Shown here piece by piece: positions 1-12,600 of a DNA stretch of 64,000 nt. The notes beneath the pieces were generated by a model that was not told the origin of the DNA, made no database searches, and worked only from the letters and a program-made list of their open reading frames with translations. The translations under genes and the position numbers were made by a program. Origin of the DNA: Azolla caroliniana (Eukaryota > Plantae > Polypodiophyta); assembly GCA_043228905.1 (NCBI GenBank), contig JBHGNT010000016.1, positions 18,228,001 through 18,292,000 on the forward strand, read 5' to 3'. Numbering within the stretch: the stretch's first letter is position 1; each line of letters opens with the position of its first letter.

Positions 1-167
1 TGGTTCTCATGCAGGGAGTCCATCTCATCCTCCATGTGGGTGTCTTTCTTTGCTTCTTTGAAGCTTTCAACCCCTCCCACCCCCCCCCACCCCTCATCGA
101 TAAGCAATACATGCTCTGCATCCAGAAATATCTGAGGGGCTCATCTTTCGCTAAGAGGGTATCTCCG

Positions 168-3100
168 TGTTGGGGACAAGGCTGTCAGTGCGGAAGAACA
201 AACAACATCTGTGATGTTGAAGAACCTGTGTATGAGAATGAAAATCAGATACACACACACAGACAGAGAGATAGGTACAAAGAAAACGATCTTAATTCTC
301 AATAGCAATAGTTACAAGAATGACAACCAACCAACAACAACCTTTACTAAATGTTACAAATTCACTTTATATAGTGACTATCCTAGGGCAACTGCCCTTT
401 ATGCTATTTACAGAAATAGCCCAAACTTGGGTTGTCCAAGGGACAATGTGAATACGGCCATTATACACTCGATTTCGACACTCCCCTGTAATGGGCGTAT
501 ACATGGGTTATCTGAAATTACAGGTATATACAAGGTTTATCGGACAGATCGGTTTTGTTCGAGTCGGCAAGATCTGAAGACAGAGGACCGAACCGGTCGG
601 GTCGGAAGAGCTGAAACTAATCCTCAAAGAACCGATGTCGGTCGTCCGAAACCATCCTATGTTGTGTGTTCGACTTTAACCGGACCGATTTTTCGTTACG
701 CCCATCTAGTGCCGAAGGGACTGGAAGCGATCCGCCGAAAGACACTTGGTCACTCCGTCAGCGACATTATTGGTTATGGATATCTTCTCGAGACCGATTT
801 TCCCTAAAATGACGCAGTCCCGAACAAAGTGATATCGAACGTCGATATGCTTGGACGCGTTGTGGTGAACCAGATGTTTTGACAAAGCAACAACTCCTTG
901 ACTGTCATTGTAGAGAACTGGAGCTGAGTCGAGGTCGACTTGTTGAAACGTGTGCGCCAGTCGACCGAGCCATAAAGCTTCTTTTGCCACGTCGGACACA
1001 GCTACATATTCCACTTCGGTCGTTGAGGTGGCTGTGCACTCCTGAAGTTTCGACTTCCACGAGATTGCTCCATTGCCGAATTTGAAACAATATCCGGTTG
1101 CTAATTTCCGACTGTCCACGCAACCGGCGAAGTCTGAGTCGATGTAGCCGACTACGCCAAAAAGGTTGAGTTCAGGCTAAAAAGAATGTCGTGGTCTTTT
1201 GTGACAACTAGATATCTGAGCACATGCTTGACTGTGTTCCAGTGCGATCGGCCTGGGTTGTGCATGAATCTGCTGACGACTCCTACTACGTGAGAAATAT
1301 CACGCCGTGTTGCGACCATCGCGTACATAAGGGAGCCAACTGTCAGTGCATACGGTACCGACTTCATATCTTCCCTCTCCGGACCAGATGTCGGGTAATC
1401 TTGCTGAGAAAGCCGAAGGTTAATGGGGAGCAGGGTCGAAGCAGACTTAGCCGAATGCATGTTGAAGTGTTCCAAGACACGTTTGATGTAGTCGGTTTGA
1501 GACAAGAAAGGTTGTCGTTTATCGCGATGCCGACTAATCTTCATACCAAGTATGTGTCTTGCCGGACCAAGGTCCTTCATGGCAAACTTCAACCGCAGTT
1601 TCCGAATGAGTTTGGTGAGCTCTCCGGCATGTCAGCCAGAGAGTAGCATGTCGTCCACGTAAATGATGAGAAAGACGGGAGACCCGTGTTGAGCTGTTTT
1701 GGTGAAGAGACAGCGGTCCTCATCGCTCTTGGAGAAGCCAACCGACTGGATGAAATCATTGAACTTCTTGTACCACTGTCAGAGTGCCTGTTTCAGGCCG
1801 TATAAACTCTTCTTGAGTCGGCAGACTAAATGTTCCTGGCCAGATGCCACAAAGCCTTTCGGCTGCTCTATATAGATTTCCTCCTGTAGGTAACCGTGGA
1901 GGAATGCTGTTTTTACATCTAGCTAAATCAGCTCCATGTTTTCGGCGGCCACGACGCCGAGCATGAAACGAAGGGTTGTTATTTTCACCATTGGTGAAAA
2001 GATTTCGTCAAAGTCAATGCCATATTCTTGTCGAAATTCCTTCGCAACGAATCTGGCCTTGTACTTTGGGTTGGTCGAGTCAAACGTCTCTTTTAGTCGA
2101 TAGACCCACTTACACAGAAGAGCACGTCGATTCTTTGGTAATTTGACCAAGTGCCAAGTCTTGTTTGCACGAATGGAGTGCATTTCCGACTCCATCACCA
2201 GATGCCGATGCTTCTTCGTAAGACGTCGGTAAAGAAAATTTCGGGAGAGTACCTTTTCGGAGGTTGCGACAGTCCTTCGGATCTTCGAGGTATGACTGGA
2301 CTGGACGCACCAGGTATAGATGTCGGATGGTCAGAAGCCGAGTCACTCAGATGTGCTGAATCGGTGGATTCAGTGAGGGAGGTGTCGGTTACCCATGAAA
2401 CCGATCTCGTGTTGTGGGCTGGGTCTTCATGAAGGGTTGACACTTCAGAGAATATTACCCTTCAGACTTCAATAGGCCTTTCGGCCGTTTTATGCATAGT
2501 CGACTCATTGAACATGACGTCCGAACTTTAGCCAATTTGTCTGTGCTCGGGGTCCCAGAGTAAGTATCCAATCTCACCGTCGGGTCCATATCCAAGGAAA
2601 ATGCATTTCCTTGATCTTGTTTCGAGTTTCGGCGGTTGTCTTTCGGTATGAGGGCATATGCCTCGCAACCGAAGATCCTTAGCTTGTCATAACTCGGCTT
2701 ACTATCGGTCCATATTTCCTGAGGTATTTTAAGTCCTAGAGGTCTACTTTACGACATATTGATTATGTGTACTGCCGTGAGTAGAGCCTCAGGCTAGAAG
2801 CCATCCTACAGTCCGGAGTGTTGGAGCATGGATACTATGCGTTCTTGAATCGTCGGATTCATGCGTTCTGCAATTCCGTTTTGCTCCAAACTATAAGGTG
2901 CCGTATATTCACGTTGAATGCCACGTTCCCAGAAAAATTTGACAAATTCTTCAGACTTGAATTCCCCTCCGTTGTCAGTTCAGAGACATTTTTGTTTCCA
3001 ACCGGTCTGATTTTCGACCATTGCAAGCCATTCAGAGAAGATCGAGAACACCCGATCTTTAGTTCTAATGGGGTAAGCCCACACCTTCTGAGTCGAGTCG

Positions 3101-5515
3101 TCAATAAAACTGACGAAGTACAAAGCACCGCCGAGAGACTGATGTGGCATCGAGCCACAGAGGTCCGAGTGGACCAAATCAAGGGGACTGAATTCTCTTG
3201 GTGTTGATGTCGGGTGTGATGCAGCTACCTGTTTGTCGTACTGGCAATGCTCGCAGAATTGGTGATCCGAGAAGGAGAGCTTGGGGATGTAACCGGCTCT
3301 AGATAGGTGCATTATGTTGGCCTTGTTGAGGTGTCCAAGTCGTCCGTGCCATAACGATGACACAAGGATATCAACCAAAAATAAGTCACCCTCTTTGAGT
3401 GTGACATATAAAGGGTACAAAGAGTGTACCTTTGGTCCTCGAGCAAGCAGGAGGTTCCCTTTGTGGAGTGTCCACCCTCCTAATGAGAACCCGGCACGGA
3501 TGTCGGCTTTGTCAAGTTGTCTGATTGAGATCAAGGGACTTGAAAGCTCAGGAATGTGTCGGACGTTGTGTAGTACGAGTGTAGAGCTACCCGGAAGGTT
3601 GAGCTTGGTGGTGCCGATTCCGATTATAGCACAATGTTGCGAGTTTTTGACTCGAACTGAGTTGGAGTGCCGGTTAGAGTATTGCCGAAACTGAGATCGG
3701 TGAGGTGTCACATGATACGATGTGCCTGAGTCCAGGAGCCATGTGCTCGATTCCTCAATCATAAGCAGAACTTCTGATTCAACTGGGTTCTCTATGGACA
3801 GTATGTTCGGGTCGGTCGTCAAAATTTCGGCTGAAGAGCCAATGTAGTTTACCTCCTCATGCCGGCTACTCTTCTAATCCACTCTTGAGCTTTGTCGGTT
3901 TTTGCTTTGAGTGCTCTGCAGTCGGCTTTGATGTGTCCCGGTTTCTTGCAGTAGTTGTAGATTCGGTTGTCCCGGGACTTGCTCAAGCTTTGTTGATTGT
4001 TCGGCGGTCGGGAAGAACTTCTTCCCCGGTTGTTTGATCGGTCGGTCGAACCTCGTACTACGTAAGCTTCATCTGCCGGGTCTTTGGTGAAAGACTTTCT
4101 CCGAGCTGCTTCAGATAGGATTGTGCTCGTGACTTCGGAGTACTTAACGACAGTCATTGAAGCATTGCACACGGTTGTAACGAAAGTTTCCCATGAAGAG
4201 GGGAGGCTACTCATGAGTATCATTGCTCTGAGTTCATCCTCGATTGCCATCCCCTGAGACGAGATTTAGGAGCTTATTCTTTCGTACTCATTGAGGTGTG
4301 CCTGAACCGAATTGGATTCTTTCATCCGCAAGTTGTAGAGGCGCCAGATTAGATACATCTTCGTTGCAGCGACCTTTTTTTCATAAGTTTCCAACAGTGT
4401 TTTCCAAAGTTCAAAAGTTGTTGTGCATGATTGCACTGTGAAGTACACTAACTCCGACAAGTGCATCCGAATCATGGCATAGACGATTCTGTCCAGCTTT
4501 AGCCACTCATTTTCCTTGTATGCTTCTGGAGGATTTTCATTCTCAATCGGGTCTATCTGACCCTTAACTATGAGATAGTCCTGCATTTGTTCCTTTCAAA
4601 AGTTGAAGTTCGAACCGTCCAACCTCCTTAGGCTCAACTTCGATGAGCCAGATGTTGATGCCATTTGATTCGGTTGCGGTTGGTAAGACTCTGTTCGGAG
4701 TTGACTAGGAACCTTAGTGGGGTGCAGCCGGTCAGCTCACCCGATATCATTCTAGTCGGTCTTGAACCCGAGTTGGTTTGGTTTCGTATACTTGTTGCTG
4801 AACTTGCTCGGAGTGACTCCGGTAACTTGGTTCCCGAATGTTGCCGAGTCGGAGTGAACCCAGTTAGCTTCCGATTGTAAGCCGAATACCGATTACAAGA
4901 AACTGATTGTTTTGGCCGATTCTGCTTCGGATGACTGTAGCGATGAGAGGGACAGATCCAACTGATCCTCCCTGTGAATAGCGTCTGATGACCTATTCAG
5001 ATGTCGTTTAACCGAATGAAGCACAATTGGGTTGGGTGTTGCACAGGGAGCTCACCTCAAGTGGTTACAATCACAGGAACAGAGTACAGTCGGCTAGCTT
5101 ACTCCAATTAGTGATTTAACAAGAAGTTACAAAAACAAAATGTTGTAGTGTACGATGATGGCCAGCAGCGGGTTGAAGAACCTCCAACACTCTGATACCA
5201 AATGTTGGGGATAGGGCCGTTCGTGCGGAAGAACAAACAACATCTGTGATGTTGAAGGACTATGTATGAGAATGAGAATCAGATACAGAGAGAGAGAGAG
5301 AGAGAGATAGGCACAAAGAAAACGATCTTATTTCTCAATAGCAACAGTACAAGAATGACAACCAACCAACAACAACTTTTACTAAAGGTTATAAAGTCAC
5401 TTTATATAGTGACTATCCTAGGGCAACTACCCTTAATGCTATTTACAAAAATAGCCCAAACTTGGGCTGTCCAAGGGACAATGTGAATACGGTCAGTATA
5501 CACTCGTATTCGACA
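168..5515 (-). mobile_element. Full-length decayed Ty1/copia LTR retrotransposon
   Basis: TG..CA LTRs at 168-480 and 5203-5515. 5-bp TSD CTCCG at 163-167 and 5516-5520. tRNA-iMet PBS (TGGTATCAGAG on minus) at 5190-5200, PPT at 481-487. Domain order gag-PR-INT-RT-RH. Confidence 0.95.
706..4664 (-). pseudogene. Copia gag-pol polyprotein broken by stops and frameshifts
   Basis: ORF pieces carry zinc knuckle YNYCKKPGHIKADC, protease WLLDSGTSYH, integrase LVHSDLCG..FIDD, RT KWVYRLK..YKARFVAK and RNase H SKHIDVRYHF. Confidence 0.92.
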
Positions 5516-5521
5516 CTCCGT

Positions 5522-6355
5522 TATCATGAAAATCCGTCACTATGTGCAGATCATGTGGCGGAACCGTTGGGGTTATGGACGGGAAGGAAATAGGGCTCAC
5601 ACGCACAACACAAGGAAGGCTTACACAAACAAGGCACGAGTATTCAAACATGTTTGTGAAAAGGAGGGGTGCATGGGCAAGCCCGAATCACCCTTGGTCA
5701 CAAGGCGAACGAATGCACACAAGGAAGGCTTACACACGGAAGGCTTACACAAACAAGGCACGAGTATTCAAACATGTTTATGAAAACGACAGGTGCATGG
5801 GCAAGACTGAATCCACCCCTAGTCACAAGGCAAACGAATGGATGTGAGGAAGGCTTACACATAGACACACAAGGAAAAGGCTTACTTACACACAGGAGAG
5901 ACAAAGTTTCGAATGCGTTTGTGAAAAGAGAGGTGCATGGGCAAGCCCGAACGCTCCCTTGTTACAAGACACGTGAACACACAAGCAAGGTTTACACATG
6001 GGAGAAACAATTTCGAACGCCTTTGTGAAAGGAGAGGTGCATGGGCAAGGCCAAATGCTCCCTTACCACAAGTCACAGGAACAGACATGCAAGATTTACA
6101 CTAAAATTCAAGACACAAAAGTTTGAATGCCTTTGTGAAAGGAGAGGTGCATGGGCAAGCCCAAAACGCTCCCTGGTCACAAGACAGACAAACAGATAAG
6201 CACAAATGACAATAACATATAAGACACGTAAGTTTGAATGCCTTTGTGAAAGGAGAGGTGCATGGGCAAGCCAGTAACGCTCCCTTGTCACAAGACACAT
6301 AAACAAATAAGCACAAATGACGATAACATTTAAGACACGTAAGTTTGAATGCCTT
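5522..6355 (-). mobile_element. Truncated LTR of the tRNA-Trp gypsy family, with internal tandem array
   Basis: Starts TATCATGAAAATCCGTCACTATG, matching the LTR starts at 14612 and 19900. About 6 copies of core TTTGTGAAAGGAGAGGTGCATGGGCAAG. Left flank CCGT. Confidence 0.85.
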
Positions 6356-6359
6356 GTTT

Positions 6360-8560
6360 TTTGATGGATCTCCTTTGGTCGACCCAAAGTGGCATTATCT
6401 TCTTCTCTGACTCTCCACAGACAATAGTCTTGTCTTCCATGAAGACTATGTCTCGACTCCAGAAGACCTTTTTGTCGACCAAGTCCCACACTTGGTAGCC
6501 AAACTCATCATTGTCGTATCCAAGGAATATGCATGGCCAGGACTTCGGATTCAATTTTGCTCTCTTATCCTTTGCTATATGCACATAGGAGAGACAACCG
6601 AACACCTTCAGATGCCGGTAAGACACATCTGTACCAGTCCATACTCTCTGTGGTGTATCTCCGTCCAAGGGTGGTGACAGTGATTTGTTTATCACATAGG
6701 TTGCCGTCATCAGCGCCTCACCCCAAAACGTCTTGGACAACTTAGCATGTGCCAGCATGCTCCAGACTCTCTCCATCATTGTCTAGTTCATCCTTTCGGC
6801 CAATCCGTTAAACTCCGGTGTCTTCGACACAATCAATTCAAGCCAGATTCCCTTCGACCGGTAGTACTCCTTGATAGGGTGTATAAGACAAAGGATTGTC
6901 CCACACAATATGAGGGCTTGATCAAACCGATTAGATGGAGTTGTGAATTATAATAGATTATATTGATCTAGGTAACTATGATTTAGAAAGGAAAACTTAA
7001 GAAATTAAGATAAAAGGTAGGGAAGATGAGAAAGAGATAAGAATGTTATAATATTCCACTTCAAGTCAATGAACTTAAAAACCAGAGACCTTCTTACTAC
7101 CCATCACTCAAACCCACTCCTAAGAACCATGTTCTTCCACTAAGATACCTCTTCCTGAGACTCCTCCTCCTCTATTAGGACCCCTTCTCTATTATAATTT
7201 TCTTCTTCCTCCTCGTTCACGCTATTTTTAGAAGCTGTTTATCTCCTATTTTTAGATAAGACCCAACGACCTCCTAATCGTCATATCTCCCTCATCAGAG
7301 CTCCAAATTTAGTGATTTAAAAATCTATAGATAGTGCTCTTTACAAGTTTGCTAATCCATATTTAAACATAATATTTGGGTGAAAAATGAAGGAGTTATG
7401 ACCATTCCGTTTTGACTATTTTTATGGTTCGCTTTTTCTCTTTTTACTTTTCTCTTAGTCTCTTACTTTTACTTTTGACATCTTCCTAAGGTCTTGGTTC
7501 GTGTTCTTAGCCTCCAAATGTGAATTATCCATACTTTATATTCTTCTAATGTTCAATGACTTAGATTCTAAAAACACTTTCACACTCCTCAAACTGCCCT
7601 TGGTATTCTCCGCCATTGTTGGCTCGAACTGCTTCAACTTCTAGCCGGTTTCTCTTTTCACTCTTACGTGGAACTCCTTGAAGACTGTCAATACCTGATC
7701 CTTCTTCTTCAACAGTGAGACCCACAACTTCTGGATGTGGTAATCTATGAACGTCACGAAGTACTTCGATCCGGCATGTGACTTCATGTCCACTTGGCAT
7801 ACATCAGTATGCACAAGTTCCAGCGGTGCATTCAATCTTGACGGTAGTCGGGATCGGAAAGAGGTTCGGTTTTGCTTGCTGGCCAAGCAGTCGGTGCACT
7901 TCTCAAGCTACACGTCTTTCACCTCCAGAATGAGGTTGTCCTTGGCAAGTCTCCGCATCCCCTTCTGGTTCATGTGGCACAGTCTCTTGTGCCACAACTC
8001 ACCGGTAGTGTCAGATACAACATTCACTTCTTCCCGGCATATCCGTGCATGCATCAGGTATAATGTGTTGATCTTCCGGGCTCGAGGTACGATTAGGCTC
8101 CCTTTGCTGAACTTCATGACTCCGTTCTCGATGCTACCCATCTAGCCTTCATTGTCCAGCCATTCTGCTGATATCAAGTTCAACCGAACCTCCGGACTGT
8201 GTCGGACATCCTTCAGCAGCAACTTCCATCTGGTTGATGTCATCAACCACACATCTCCTATGCCGAAAATTCGGCATGCACCTTCGTTTCCGATCCTTAG
8301 GCTACCGTGATCTCCGACTCTATAGGATGTGAAGCACTTACGGTCAGGGATAGATGAAACGACATTCAGGAGTCGACCACCCATGTCATTTCGTCACTGA
8401 CAAGGTGTACCTCGCTATCTTAGGCGATTAGCAGTAGTTCTTCTTCACTTGTTGTGATTGCCGACGTTCCTTTCCGATGTGAACTCTTCCGGTCCGAACC
8501 CTTCTTGGAGTCGGCATTTTTGGTACCTTTCTCCTTCCGAAATGACAAAAACTATACGTT
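6360..8560 (-). pseudogene. Copia (family B) gag end/PR/INT fragment, interrupted by a solo LTR
   Basis: ORFs 6330-6779, 7641-7886, 7908-8141 and 8142-8384 match the intact copy at 26483-27680 (ELVHTDVC, LWHKRLCHM, FWGEALMTA). Confidence 0.88.
6872..7584. mobile_element. Solo LTR inserted in copia integrase
   Basis: TG..CA ends and 5-bp TSD CTCCT (6867-6871, 7585-7589). The host integrase sequence resumes exactly after it. Confidence 0.88.
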
Positions 8561-8565
8561 CTCGA

Positions 8566-8818
8566 TGAACAACGCTCGGCCACAACCAAGCTTAGAATAA
8601 AAAACGCAGAAAACAGGAAATGAATGCACGACACAATGGAGAGAAGAGTACACAAGATGTTTACGTGGAAAACCCAAATGCGGGAAAAACCACGGCAGTC
8701 CACTGATTGCTAACTATCACTATGTAACAAATGTACAATAGATGAACACAGAGGCAACGACCTCTTGTTCACTGTCTTCACCACAATCGGCGGTTACAAC
8801 AGAGATACGAACTCTTCG

Positions 8819-8906
<88 letters not shown>

Positions 8907-9640
8907 CACTATTGCACTCTAATCTTGCACCAACAAGAATGACAACAACTCTTCCACTAAGTTTGCCCTAAGTCATATTTATACTAAAATGACTTTTCGG
9001 CTATTTACAAATATACCCTAATGGACTCTCAAAAACATATTTACGAATATGTCCCTTCATCCGGTGAGCACTCCTCACCGGGCCTGCATCATCTGGCGCT
9101 TGCCGGGCACTCGTCATCCAGTTCTCACCGGGTCTTCCGTTTCCGGGTACTCCTCATCCGGTTCTCACCGGGTCTTCCGTTGCCGGGTACTCCACATCTG
9201 GTTTCGGCCGAGGCCGATCAGCACTGCTCTCCTCACTTCCCATCCGGAGGGACCTGTTTCCTAACAAACTCCTCCTTCACTCCGGCATGGGATGTCTCAC
9301 TAGACCGATCCGCTTCCGACATGCATCCAGCTTGTCGGGTATCAGTACTTTGGTCAGCATATCTGACCCGTTCTCGGCCGTGTGGATCTTCGTCAGCGCA
9401 AACTCTTGGTCATCTACTCTTTCCCGAATCCAGTGAAACCTTCGTCGGATATGCTTCATCCGGGAATGGTAGGCCGCATTCTTAGCAAGGTGGATGGCAC
9501 TTTGATTGTCACAATAGAGCCGATATTCATCTTGCCGGATACCGAGGTCTCCCATGAAGTCCTTCATCCATAATATTTCCTTGTTGGCTTCCACAACCGC
9601 CATGTACTCCACCTCCGTGGTTGACAACGCAATTTTTCTT
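8566..9640 (-). mobile_element. Copia family B 3' end: RNase H (9277-9640), PPT and 3' LTR (~8566-9266)
   Basis: RH ORF ending LVRHPMPE, PPT GAAGGAGGAG, LTR homologous to ~23925-24552. Left LTR edge is approximate. Confidence 0.85.
8819..8900. repeat. (CT)n microsatellite inside a copia LTR
   Basis: Long CT run; a shorter run sits at the homologous LTR position near 24177-24220. Confidence 0.95.
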
Positions 9641-12600
9641 AATGAAGACAATGCTTTTTATCAAAATTCTCCTTGTTCCTCAATCAAGCCTCACGTAATT
9701 GTTCTATTGCTAGCTCAACATCTTTGGGTCTCCATTCTAATTGTTGGATCCTTGTAGCTAGCAAGTCTTCTCGACTCATCTCCTCTTGGCATGGCAAAGT
9801 CGTCCATGAGGTAACACTTTGCTCGATAGGCATTATTGGTCTTTGCCCTAATATGAGCTTGGTCGGCATATATCCTGTAGTCGTGCTATGTGTAGTTCTA
9901 TCGGCCCACAATGCATATGGTAATAATCGTGGCCAGTCCCCCATCTTCCCGTCACAAGCCTTTGCTAGAGCTTTTACAATCGGGTTATATCCCCGCTCCA
10001 CCTTTCCATTTGCCTCAGGGTTGTATGCCATGGTAAGTGATAATTTGATGCCTATCCTTGAGAAAAACTCTTTAGCTTCATTTGCATCTAATTCTCCTCT
10101 ATCAGCTACTATTTTGCTAACACATCCGTATCGACAAATAACATCTTCAAGGAGAAACTTGCAAACCGCCAAAGTTGTTTTATTCCTTAGTGCCCGACCT
10201 TCTACTTGGTTGGTGAGATCCTCTCTTGCTAGCACGAGGTATCTCATTTGCCACAGTCCCATTGGCATAACCACTATGTCTACCAACTACTTATAGTGCA
10301 TTGATAATGGATATGTCAGATGAAGTTCATCCCTACGTTGAACATTCAAGTATAATTGGCATTGCGCACATGTTTCAACATAGCTTGCTACATCTTTGTA
10401 AACACCTGGCCACAAATACTTGTCCTTTGAGCTTTGCAAAAGTTTCCCATATACCTCGATGACCTGGCCACACACTATCATGAAATTCAGCAATTACTGT
10501 TTGTCGATCTTGTTTCTTGCATACCACTCGAAGTGGAGTTCCATTCTTCCTCTTTGGAAACTTCCATAGATGTCCTTCTTTGAGGAAGAACTTGTAGGCC
10601 TTCTTCCTAATTCGGTAGAAGTCTTCCTTTGACCATGATTCATCCTTTGTAAGAGAGCTTAAGTACTTGCCAATTTCGATGAATTCACCCTCATAATCTT
10701 CTACTTTAAACACCGCTCGCACCCAAGCACAAGAAACCATAAAGAAGTTTAGGCCAACATCCTCTTCATCGGAGCGCAGATCTTCTTCACCCTCGTACCT
10801 TGCCCTTGACAACATATCGGCCACCACATTATGCTTCCCAGTTATATGTCGAATCTCAGGGTTGAGCGACTTGATATAGGCAATCCATCATAGCATAGCA
10901 ATATCCGGTGTGGCACAACCAGATATCATCCCAAGAATAGGTAGACAATCGGTTTCTATTATGACTTCCGTTCCGATAAGGTGGTCGCAATCGGTTTTAA
11001 CCATGGATACTATCCCCCATAGCTCTCTCTTTACTTGGGCGTACTTTCTTTGTCTTTCGGTCAACACCTTTGCACCGAATCGGATTGCATACCGATTTTT
11101 TTCTTTGTCTTCTTGGTTAATCACCCATCCAATTCCGGTTGGGCTTGTATCCACTGTTAAATATATTGGGGTACCTTCGGTGTAGTCGGCTTTGCGCAAT
11201 GCTGCAGCTTCCAATAATAATTTCTTCAACTTTTGAACCGCGTAGGTATGCTCGTCTTCCCATTCAAACTTCTTCCTTTTCTTTAGTAGTCCATACAATG
11301 GTTCAACGACATGGACATAGTGTGGAATCCATATGTGGTAGAACGCACATGCTCCCAAGAATCTTCTCACCTCTGTTTGGGACTCACACTCCTCTTTCAT
11401 CTCTTGGATAGCATTCACCTTGGATGGAGATGGCTTCCGGCCATAAGATCCACACAAGTGTCCTACTACCAATATTTCTGGTTGACCGAATGTGAACTTC
11501 TCTCTCGAAAATGTGAGATTGGCATCCTCAAGCTTTTGCAACACCTTCTCGTTATCCTTTATATGATCCATGACAAATTTTCGGCAACCATGTTCATCTT
11601 TTGATTCATCTTTCTCTTCCACCAAGCATCCTTTGATCGGAATGTCATCTAAGAAGGGCATTGTGATATCAGGAATACGATCCTTTTACACTTTGTTCAT
11701 GGCATTCACCATGTGGGCTACGGAGTTTGTCGCACATTGGGGTAAGGTGCACATCCTTACCAACCCGATCGGTGTCCTCATTGTTGTAATGTCTCTACTA
11801 TTGACTGACAATTGAAATTGATCATAGCCCGAGTAGAGATCACCAATGGAATAGATCGATCTTCCTGCGAAGGCTTCGTCAAATTCATCCACGCTTGGAC
11901 CAATTCCGGCATTTCGGATCGTCACCTTGTTGACGGGTTGGATATCTTGAATAAAGCGTAAGGATTATTCTTCTTCGGCACCGTAAACCATCTATTGGAG
12001 TAGGGAGCATTGGACAGATCAAGAATTCCCATTGTAACCTTTTCCTTTAGAAGCTCAATCAACTTCGGAATGTGTGCTCTTGGAACCAGTATCGGCTTGA
12101 GGTTCCAAGGTACATACGGCACCGTAAATATCACCATCGGTTCTATCATCTTCGGGTCGGCACATCCGATTTCTTGTGGAGAAAAAGTGAAGGCTTTCCC
12201 ATGTCTCTCAAGCATCATCCTAAACCTTTCTTCTTCTTCGGGGAGAAGGAAGCCATCATTCCCGACTTGGAGTTTCCCTCTTGATTCATCAGAGAAGGTA
12301 TGGCCTATCCCTTTTGGGTCTTTGAGACTTGGATCCTTGGTAATTTCTTTCATCCTTTGCCAACTATCCTCTAGTAACGGAATAGCTACAGGCTTGACCT
12401 TCTTATCTACTGATTTATATTTTGTGTTTACTTTGACCAACTCCTCCATGACCCCTCGTCAGCATTCGTTGATGGTGGTATACATGTTGATGGAGTTTAC
12501 TTGAATCGTATGTTGCTCATGAGGGCTCAAGTCCAAAATACTCTCTATTTCTCCAATTGTATCGTTAAATGAGGCTTTCTCCATCACCCATGATATGTTG